IMG/VR virus record: IMGVR_UViG_3300023235_000989
Span: 1-59,346 of that record
Direction: 5' to 3' (one strand)
DNA from: a virus
Lineage: Duplodnaviria; Caudoviricetes
Length of the DNA: 59,346 nt
A program made the translations under genes and the position numbers. The notes beneath the pieces are model-generated. The model did not search any database. It was not told the DNA's origin and was given only the letters and a program-made list of their open reading frames with translations. Of the stretch, positions 46,069-53,949 are shown piece after piece (positions within the stretch are counted from its first letter, which is position 1; each line of letters starts with the position of its first letter).

Positions 46069-46522
46069 TCTCTAGCTCCTGTAAGATGTCACTTAGGCTC
46101 TTCTTGCGATTACTACTACCAGTCTTCATCTTGTAACCAGAGGTCTCTTCTACGTAGTTACTACTCTCCCTTACTAGGGTTGAGTGAAGAGCAGTGTAGT
46201 AAGCTACAAACTTATCGACGTTACACCACTTAAAGTAGTTCTTGACCTTCCACTTAAGTAGGCCAAACTCCTTATAGTCCAGGTCGGTCACCTTGTAGAA
46301 TTGGACGAACCATGCCAGTTGCTCTACCTCCACACCGAGCTTGCTCACGCGCCTTACCTTGGTGAGCAGTTGACCCCATTCCTTCGCGAATGGACCGTCC
46401 TTTCTCCAGCCGCCTTCGGGTAGCGCTCCATGCCTATTCATCAGGATGGCTTCTACGACGAAGTTTGGCAGGTCGTGTGCGACTTCTGACGTAGACGGGC
46501 TGGCATATTTCTTAGCTGTCAT
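46052..46522 (-). CDS. hypothetical protein
   Basis: 156-aa ORF, GAGG RBS, first gene after promoter copy 6. Confidence 0.7.
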   Translation of the reverse strand: MTAKKYASPSTSEVAHDLPNFVVEAILMNRHGALPEGGWRKDGPFAKEWGQLLTKVRRVSKLGVEVEQLAWFVQFYKVTDLDYKEFGLLKWKVKNYFKWCNVDKFVAYYTALHSTLVRESSNYVEETSGYKMKTGSSNRKKSLSDILQELESGTTN

Positions 46523-46538
46523 GGTTCCTCTCTACACA

Positions 46539-46564
46539 ATTATGTGTCGAGAAGAGAGTTTCGT
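46539..46564 (-). promoter_or_regulatory. putative phage promoter, copy 6 (heads the replication block)
   Basis: Minus strand ACGA AACTCTCTTCTC GACACATAAT, at the structural/replication boundary. Confidence 0.78.
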
Positions 46565-46587
46565 GCGTCTTTTCTTAAGTTTGGCTT

Positions 46588-49500
46588 TTAGCTAAATCTC
46601 AGGAAGTTCTGTCTATTCGAAACAAAGAAGCTCCCAACCCTTGTAGAGCCATCGCCTGGAGTGGTGGGGTTTGTGCTTAAGACCTCGGCGGTCATTAAGA
46701 TCCCCTTGTCACCTACGATTATGAACTCCGGGTTTGGGAACGGCGTCACGTCGCCCTCTGGAATAGCGCTCTGATCTAGATTACCGTTATCCGTAAGACC
46801 CTGCACTGTCACTATAGCACCAGATGTCCCCACATTAGTTATAGCCGTAACCTGCACTGGGGTTGAAGAGTTACCACCAGGGTTTAGGAATACGCCAGGA
46901 GTCTCAAGCGTTGCACCTGGGCGCTCTAGGACTCTGGGGGTTCCATTACTTGCTTGCGAGGCAAGGGTGGTGAGGTCTCCAAGATTAACCGCGCCGTTGA
47001 GAAGCGGAACGTTAACGAGACGACGAACAGGATCGGTGTCCAGTAGAGCCACATCAAACGTGTTAGAAGACGTTCCTACGCCACTGACAAACACAACCGT
47101 GCCATTAGAGAATGGACGCCCACCAGTCCAGTAACGTTGAATTTCGCGCCCCTGCCCCGGAAGCCTAAGCTCGTTTACGTGATAGAGCGCTTCGTCACCG
47201 ACATTTAAGAATCCGTCTACACAGACGGAGCCACCACGACCAGCACCAGTCTCAAAGTTTGGATCAGAGCTGCCGGGAGACTTCGCAGGAACGGTATAGT
47301 CTTGTGCGGTTATACCACGATACCTTTCTTGTGTTCCCGCGTCTGGAGTGTTGGAGAATGTTAGCGCAAAGTTGACTTCATTGATTGTTGCCTTGCGAAT
47401 GGTCTCACCCTTACCTCGTGGCGCACCAATGATGTTAGGCGGCTGGGGGCGCGCACGGCTACGCGTGCCTGGGGCTAAGGGGCTGGCTATGTCGAAGTTG
47501 ATTGGTGTGATGATGCCATTTAAGATCGAGCGCTGACGCTCACCAAGTGGTGCATCCTTGCCAAATTCAGCAAAGAAACTAGCAATACGATAGTTGCTTC
47601 TAATACCAGCAGTTCCAAGAGTGAAGTTTACCTCGGTGATACCATGGTTGCGAACACCAATAATCCCACTTGCGTTAGGTGAAGAGTTGGAAAATGAGTC
47701 AAAGGAAATCTTAGGAAGTCCAACTAGTTCAATTGCAGAGAACTGAGAGTTAGCCGCTGGAGCAATCAGTCCCTGAAGACGACGGAACGCACGATCTTCC
47801 ATAAGCTGGATAGACGTTGTGCGACCTTGTGGTGGGAAGTTCCATGGGCCAAACTGATCATCAATGACGATCGACTCTGAATCACATGGTGTAGCTAGTT
47901 CCCCACTTACCCACGCCTGTGGAAACGACATGCCGTATCTCTCAGTAAACTCTACTGGGATCGCGACACCATCCAACCTGATGTATGGATCGATAAGGAT
48001 ACCCGGATCAACGAAATCTACGATACCAGAACCAGATGACTCTAGCGCGTCTTCAGTTAGCGTTACTAGGTTGCGGAACGTAAAGTTCTCACTCGATCCA
48101 GTGCCTGCAATAATAGGGATCTCAGCTAGGAGTGTGCCTTCTGGGTATTCTTCAAACGCCCTTAGTGGGTCACGTGGATCAATAGTTAGCTGGCCTACTT
48201 CCGTCAAGGTGATAGGAATATAGTGCTCTCCGGTGCGAGTCCGACGACCTGAATCAGCAGTCGTGTTGCCAATATTATAGTCCTCGGTCCATTGACCGAA
48301 TCCCGCTGGTGCATCCTCGCCTTCTGGACCATAAACCGTTCCGGAAGGAAGAACACAGTATGCAGAAATCTTATCGTCGGTTCCTTTGAATGGCGAAAGT
48401 GGACTTAGGTCACGGTTGATCTCATAGTTGTTTACGAAGAGACCACTAGAACCACCTGTTGAGATGCCTTGTCCCTCCATCTGGTTCTCTACATTACCCC
48501 ATGCTGCATTGGCTAATTTGAATGCACCCGAAGCTGCATTGACTAGAATACCAGAAGCGATATAGGCACGACCAAAGAAGCGTGTCGCATGGTCACGGAC
48601 ACGGTTGTAGAAATTAAGGACCCAGTTCTGATTAGCGTCGCGGCGGTTATTGATAAGACGGATCTGACCAGACTCGTTACCGCCAAGTGCAGCAATCGGC
48701 TGCGCTGGATCATATCGACTTTCGAAGTCAGGATGTTGCGCGGCAATACTACCGGCATCAATTGGCTGACCAAAACCCGGTGACGTAAGACTAATGTCCG
48801 CTGCGTTAGTCTGATACTTTTTGAAGTATGTCCAATGCTCGATCCCCTTTAGGGCAGCCTGTAGTTCTAGATCGCTTGGCTTGTAGCCACGCAGAATACC
48901 AACAGCATCTGTAAACTGAACTGAAAAATTAGGCCAAGCTGGCTGAAAAACAACTCCAGACTCAGGTGCTGGCACTCCATCAATTCCACCTAGTAGCGGA
49001 GAGTTGAGCCAACCTTCTTGGTGAGCACCAAGTAGACGAACGCGACGTGGTTGGGTAACTAAGTCATCACCATACTGCAAGCTAACCGTTTGCTCTAGAC
49101 CACTTACGGACCCTAAACCTGCTACGATGTTGAGTAGCTCATCCTCACGTAGGTCGAATGCAACCTTTCTATTGACTAGACGAACCTTCTGCTCGGACAT
49201 ACTCCAATACCAGTCATACGCAGTGGCTTCTAGAATACGAGTGAGGGCTTCTGTTAGTGGCGTTCCATCAAAGTTAAACCTAACGGCTGATGCGTCACCG
49301 CCCAAGTTAGCCTCAAGGTCTTCTTTAGATGGGATTTTATCAAGGTCGAAAAGAATCTCGCCCTCGTCGATTGCAAGCTGAATCGCATCCAAGATCTGAG
49401 GGTATGTGCAGCCTTGCTCAAGGACAAGGCGATACTCTCTGAATAGCGGCTCTGAGACATTCCCGTCAATATTAGTGAACCCCTTCGTGATGCGAACTCC

Positions 49501-49950
49501 ACGAGCTACAGAGACCGAGCCCGACCCAGGGTTGTTTCCTAGGTCTTCTGTAATTAGCTTAATGGCATCTAGACAACGACGGTTGTCACGGATGTTTACT
49601 TGGATGATTGAGCCCTGCGAGTTAGCGCTATACTCAGAGTGAGTGATCTCACCGCTAGCTAGGAACTCTCCAACCGTAAAGCCGATGATGCTGCCGGGTG
49701 CGGGAGCTTGACCACTAGCGCCATGGAACGCCTTCGGGTCGTCACGGGTTGGCACCCACGTGGTGTTGAACGAGTGAGGAGTCGTGTTGAATCCAAACGT
49801 TGCATTGATCTGAATCAACGCCGCTTCAAGATCACGTCCTGGCGCTCCTGCCGGGATCTGACCAGATGGAAACATTATGATAGGCTGACAGTCACCTAGA
49901 CCGAGCCCCTCAACGTTTATCTGTTGGCCTGTGATATTGAAGTTTGCCAT
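46588..49950 (-). CDS. large putative virion (tail/baseplate hub-like) protein
   Basis: 1120 aa, G/S/T/N-rich, Lys-poor, in the structural block; no catalytic motif seen. Confidence 0.6.
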   Translation of the reverse strand: MANFNITGQQINVEGLGLGDCQPIIMFPSGQIPAGAPGRDLEAALIQINATFGFNTTPHSFNTTWVPTRDDPKAFHGASGQAPAPGSIIGFTVGEFLASGEITHSEYSANSQGSIIQVNIRDNRRCLDAIKLITEDLGNNPGSGSVSVARGVRITKGFTNIDGNVSEPLFREYRLVLEQGCTYPQILDAIQLAIDEGEILFDLDKIPSKEDLEANLGGDASAVRFNFDGTPLTEALTRILEATAYDWYWSMSEQKVRLVNRKVAFDLREDELLNIVAGLGSVSGLEQTVSLQYGDDLVTQPRRVRLLGAHQEGWLNSPLLGGIDGVPAPESGVVFQPAWPNFSVQFTDAVGILRGYKPSDLELQAALKGIEHWTYFKKYQTNAADISLTSPGFGQPIDAGSIAAQHPDFESRYDPAQPIAALGGNESGQIRLINNRRDANQNWVLNFYNRVRDHATRFFGRAYIASGILVNAASGAFKLANAAWGNVENQMEGQGISTGGSSGLFVNNYEINRDLSPLSPFKGTDDKISAYCVLPSGTVYGPEGEDAPAGFGQWTEDYNIGNTTADSGRRTRTGEHYIPITLTEVGQLTIDPRDPLRAFEEYPEGTLLAEIPIIAGTGSSENFTFRNLVTLTEDALESSGSGIVDFVDPGILIDPYIRLDGVAIPVEFTERYGMSFPQAWVSGELATPCDSESIVIDDQFGPWNFPPQGRTTSIQLMEDRAFRRLQGLIAPAANSQFSAIELVGLPKISFDSFSNSSPNASGIIGVRNHGITEVNFTLGTAGIRSNYRIASFFAEFGKDAPLGERQRSILNGIITPINFDIASPLAPGTRSRARPQPPNIIGAPRGKGETIRKATINEVNFALTFSNTPDAGTQERYRGITAQDYTVPAKSPGSSDPNFETGAGRGGSVCVDGFLNVGDEALYHVNELRLPGQGREIQRYWTGGRPFSNGTVVFVSGVGTSSNTFDVALLDTDPVRRLVNVPLLNGAVNLGDLTTLASQASNGTPRVLERPGATLETPGVFLNPGGNSSTPVQVTAITNVGTSGAIVTVQGLTDNGNLDQSAIPEGDVTPFPNPEFIIVGDKGILMTAEVLSTNPTTPGDGSTRVGSFFVSNRQNFLRFS

Positions 49951-49951
49951 G

Positions 49952-50431
49952 TTAGCTGATTAGTCCTAGCCTTCCAGAGTGCTTTGCGTTCTTACTAAAG
50001 TCACGGTTTTCGGTAGTCACCCTTCCATGGTGCGAATCAACCCAATGAATCGTAAGGGTCTCGCCGTGTAGTTCACCAAACCCCTGAGCCTCATCCTGAT
50101 AGTTGGCGAAGTGTGGGTTCTGCGACATCATTCTGCGGACGCGCTTGCTATAGAAGTAGCCATCCGCCTGAGATGTCAAGTTGATTTGGGCGACTGGGTT
50201 AAGATCCTGTCTAGCAAACGACATGCCAATTATTTTGCAGTCATTGTCTACACAGTATCGTTTTAGACGAAGCCATGGGTTTGGCTCCTCTAGCGAGGGG
50301 TCCTCAAGCGTTTGATAAACTTCAATTCCACAACTAAGAAAAACAACCCAAAATCTCCATAACGGACACTCTTCTATTCTAGTTGCTAAATTATACGGCG
50401 TCTCTTTTATCACATCTCGATAGTCTTTCAT
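49952..50431 (-). CDS. hypothetical protein
   Basis: 159-aa ORF with GGGA upstream. Confidence 0.65.
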   Translation of the reverse strand: MKDYRDVIKETPYNLATRIEECPLWRFWVVFLSCGIEVYQTLEDPSLEEPNPWLRLKRYCVDNDCKIIGMSFARQDLNPVAQINLTSQADGYFYSKRVRRMMSQNPHFANYQDEAQGFGELHGETLTIHWVDSHHGRVTTENRDFSKNAKHSGRLGLIS

Positions 50432-50818
50432 ATGTGTCCCATCCTTTTATTGTTATACCACTCCAACTTTTCCCATACTTGATTCGTTTAATGACATGAA
50501 TACTAACACCGAATATTGATGCAATCTCATGTTCGTTCATTCCACCAACAAGCATATCCTTTATTTTACTAACCCTCGACTCATCTAACAGTGCGCGTGG
50601 GTTTTTAGACCCAGTATTATTAGAACTCATTTTGGCTCTAGTTTCGAGAGACGCCCTGATACCAAGTTTTGCACGACGAATCCTATCCTTTGTCAAATCG
50701 GATGTTTTGACTCCAAGTCTACTACCAGCAATCTTATATTAAATCCCTTACCAGCAGCACTGCCAATATAACACTTACCTGTTTTTAAGTGTTGGATCTG
50801 ATAGACCCCATTTTGCAT
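50391..50818 (-). pseudogene. internally deleted, frameshifted GIY-YIG homing endonuclease
   Basis: ATG at 50818 reads MQNGVYQIQHLKTGKCYIGSAAGKGFNIR; another frame continues KIAGSRLGVKTS...(NUMOD3-like)...GSKNPRALL + HTH; the rest of the nuclease domain is missing. Confidence 0.8.
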
Positions 50819-51489
50819 TAAAGGAACTCTATGACCATAAAAAGTCCAAAGTCACTCCGCTGCCCCGCCGCTTCCGGTGATGCCGAAAGTCCGATGAAGA
50901 AGTCATGAACAAGATTGCTTACATTACGATCTTGTAATAGAAGACGATTATCAATCGCGCCAGCGCCAGCAGTCTGAGTCCAGGTAGCGTCCGCTCCTGG
51001 TTCATATCCCTGTATCTTGAGACCGGTCACGACAGAGCTTACGTCATCAACACCACTAGCTGCGTTTAGGGCTACGGTGTAGAGGATGGCATTCTGAGTT
51101 CTAACCTCGGTAGATCCAGATGCTTCAAATCTAGCTAGGATAGTGCCAGACTCTGGGGTCACATTGATCAGAGCAACCTCACCTAGACCACTAACATTGA
51201 CAGTGCTAGTTGAAACATACTTGTGGTTGATAAGCTGACCACTAGCTGGGACGCCATATGGCTCTTGCCCTAAATTGGTCCCGCTTGTGTTGGTGATAAA
51301 GGTTAAGTCCTGATAGCGGCTTACAATAACCGCAAACGGGACACCTTCCGGTCCTCCCGCTCCAAAGAATCCGACGTGATTAGCGCCACTGGTGTTACCC
51401 GGTGGATCCAACGACTCAATCGGCACCAAACTCGTAAAGTTTGAGCTTGCTGGCGATCCGGATGGAGCGTAAAAAGTAAGAGTATTCAT
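50818..51489 (-). CDS. putative virion structural protein
   Basis: 223 aa, beta-rich composition, 8 SG dipeptides, GGAGAGG RBS. Confidence 0.6.
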   Translation of the reverse strand: MNTLTFYAPSGSPASSNFTSLVPIESLDPPGNTSGANHVGFFGAGGPEGVPFAVIVSRYQDLTFITNTSGTNLGQEPYGVPASGQLINHKYVSTSTVNVSGLGEVALINVTPESGTILARFEASGSTEVRTQNAILYTVALNAASGVDDVSSVVTGLKIQGYEPGADATWTQTAGAGAIDNRLLLQDRNVSNLVHDFFIGLSASPEAAGQRSDFGLFMVIEFL

Positions 51490-51502
51490 TGTGGCCTCTC
51501 CT

Positions 51503-51516
51503 GGTGACTAGTCACC
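51503..51516. repeat. perfect 14-bp palindrome GGTGACTAGTCACC
   Basis: Lies between the TTAGTGTATAA element and the RBS of 50818..51489. Confidence 0.7.
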
Positions 51517-51520
51517 TATG

Positions 51521-51531
51521 TTATACACTAA
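51521..51531 (-). promoter_or_regulatory. possible second-class promoter element TTAGTGTATAA
   Basis: Identical to 10370-10380; at a gene boundary in the structural block. Confidence 0.35.
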
Positions 51532-53723
51532 ATGTTTAGGACGGCTGCGCGCCCACTGAGAATTACGTCGGTGGCAGCTACCTGGTTAATATGAACGATC
51601 TGGAAAGATGAGTTCATCTTGGCGAAGTAAGATGGTCCAGCAAATCGTGTGGTAAAATACAAGTAATGCAAGCTGGTCACTGGATCCCATACTGCGGGAC
51701 CATACGTATCAACTGTGGACGGCGTCATCGGCACGTCTGGAGCAAAACTGATGGTCGCCGAACCCGCTGGTGTAATCGCCATCGAGTTTGGAATTGTGAA
51801 TTGGTTGTTCGTCGTTACGGATAATCTGATCTTCCAGCTAGGGTAGAAACCAACAATATAGGTTGTTGACGAGTGTGACGTAGAAGGTGTTAGAGTTGAA
51901 GTTCTCGCGACCGTGCTAATGGGCGCGAACTTATCATTCTTGGGTAGGATCGGAATCTGTAATGCACCAACATCACTCCATTGAATATACGTCGAGCCGT
52001 TAATATGCACAAAGCCATGACCGGGCTTGCGATTGAAAAAGAACGACATGATGTTTCCGATATCGTAAGTGTCAGAAAAGAACTCGATGTTCTGTGAGTA
52101 AAAGAGTGGTGACTCGGGAGGGTCTAGTTCGATCCATTGGAATTCGCCGTTGGCTGGGTTTGTTCCCTCTCTGTAGACATGTCTCTCGAAATCAATAGTC
52201 TCTGTTCTCTTGTCTCCACCACCAGAACGATCCTGACCTGGACATACCATACGATCTAGGGCTCCCCACTCGTTATATGCCTTGAACCATACAACTCCGT
52301 CCCCCGCCGCGTTGATATCTCCAATAGTCCATGTCGTGCCACCATACAAATTAGGCTGATATGAAGTCACAAATTCTTGCGACCAATTGGCTGGTGATAA
52401 AGTATTGTCTAGAGTTGCCCAGTCGACTATCGACAAACCATTTGATGTATTAGACGAGCTTACACCACCAAACGCATAGATGGTGTTTCCATTAACATAC
52501 TTCAGTGTTGATGAAACGTTCCCACCTCGCGGGCTGGTCTCTGATCCAACGAAGTGACCGAACACCTTTTTACCATTGATGAGACTTCTACCTACCGCTA
52601 GGTTGTTAGCATTGAACTCACCTAGACCATAAAGAAGCCTGCTTGTGTTATGAACTCCAGGATGAGCAATTCCATTCTTGTTGATGCCACTAGTTGCTGA
52701 GTAGTTAGCAGGATAGTTTTGAATGACCAAGCCACTACCGCCATCATCAGAAACATCTAGAAGATAAACTGTATCGTCCGTCAAAGGGCCAGGAACGTTA
52801 TAGATCGCCTGCCTACCAGATGCGTTGATACATCCACTATTCTGAGTCTCGTAGTATCTGTTAAGTTCCTCACCCGCTGGGAATTGAGCCCATTCAACGT
52901 TCTCTCTAAATGTTCCTTGCGGTGCCGCAAACTGTCCGGAACCTGTGAGGAGCTTAATGCTCGTCCCTGCCACAAGTCTATCACCAGTGATGATCATACC
53001 GCCAGATGTAGCTGCATCAAAACCAAGCTTGCCAAAGTTCTCTTTGTCTAGGTCACTGAATGTTGGTAGATTACCATCCACAAGAACCGCTGGGAATACT
53101 GGCTCTAGTGGTATGTCACTAGGTCCGACCCTTGGTTCCTTTGGACGGGTGAATGGCTGCCACATCACTTCATCAAGGTCAATGTCTTGGAACTGTTGGG
53201 CACCTAGCTCAACCGTGTCGCCAGATGTGACCAAGCTTGATGGAGCAACTGGCACCGTATTCACTGGCGCGGGATGCACATACTCTAGATCGCTTGTTCC
53301 TGACGCACTTGTGTTGGGAATGTCGTAGATCGCACGATTACGCTGCATGTGTGCAATGAAGAACTCATCTGCCGAGTATTGAGAGTCCCCGGCGTGAAGG
53401 GCTGTAACTTCTTCTAGCAGGGTCCTCATATCGAGGATGTAGTCTGCGTAATGTGGAGTCGCAGCCTCATAGCCACTAGCATTTAAGGTCGGCTCAATAG
53501 ACTGAGAAAGTCCTGCATCCCTATTGATGTAGAGCTTGATCGGAGTATTTACTGGATGGCTACTAGCTGTCGTAAATAGACGCTTATCAAGCAGTAGACC
53601 GAAAGCCGGGATAGAGAAGTAGCGCCCCTCATACGCTACTAGATCTTGGAGACCAAGCCTGAATGGTTCGCGTGAGTAAGGATATGGTCGATGTAGAAAT
53701 TCAAATCCGCTTGGGCACGTCAT
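51528..53723 (-). CDS. putative virion structural (tail-associated) protein
   Basis: 731 aa, S/T/G/N-rich, in the structural block. Confidence 0.6.
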   Translation of the reverse strand: MTCPSGFEFLHRPYPYSREPFRLGLQDLVAYEGRYFSIPAFGLLLDKRLFTTASSHPVNTPIKLYINRDAGLSQSIEPTLNASGYEAATPHYADYILDMRTLLEEVTALHAGDSQYSADEFFIAHMQRNRAIYDIPNTSASGTSDLEYVHPAPVNTVPVAPSSLVTSGDTVELGAQQFQDIDLDEVMWQPFTRPKEPRVGPSDIPLEPVFPAVLVDGNLPTFSDLDKENFGKLGFDAATSGGMIITGDRLVAGTSIKLLTGSGQFAAPQGTFRENVEWAQFPAGEELNRYYETQNSGCINASGRQAIYNVPGPLTDDTVYLLDVSDDGGSGLVIQNYPANYSATSGINKNGIAHPGVHNTSRLLYGLGEFNANNLAVGRSLINGKKVFGHFVGSETSPRGGNVSSTLKYVNGNTIYAFGGVSSSNTSNGLSIVDWATLDNTLSPANWSQEFVTSYQPNLYGGTTWTIGDINAAGDGVVWFKAYNEWGALDRMVCPGQDRSGGGDKRTETIDFERHVYREGTNPANGEFQWIELDPPESPLFYSQNIEFFSDTYDIGNIMSFFFNRKPGHGFVHINGSTYIQWSDVGALQIPILPKNDKFAPISTVARTSTLTPSTSHSSTTYIVGFYPSWKIRLSVTTNNQFTIPNSMAITPAGSATISFAPDVPMTPSTVDTYGPAVWDPVTSLHYLYFTTRFAGPSYFAKMNSSFQIVHINQVAATDVILSGRAAVLNI

Positions 53724-53726
53724 GAT

Positions 53727-53948
53727 TTATGATAGAAATTCAATGATCTTTTCATGACAGCAAGAACAGGATGGGCAATCTGTATCGCTATAGTGAGATA
53801 AAGTTTCGTCTTTTAGATTCTGCCTAGCCAATCCTCTTCGTTTTAAAATACAGAATCTACATGTCATGTATTTGACACTATAGAAATCGGAATACGGTCT
53901 TGTCTCGTTACAACTACGACATTCCTTTTCTCCCATCCTGCCATCCAT
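53727..53948 (-). pseudogene. truncated Cys-rich HNH-type homing endonuclease
   Basis: CRSC...F...CRFC zinc finger, then HY...CSCCHE....FLS*, stopping where the IDH catalytic motif would normally follow; AT-rich. Confidence 0.6.
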
Positions 53949-53949
53949 A

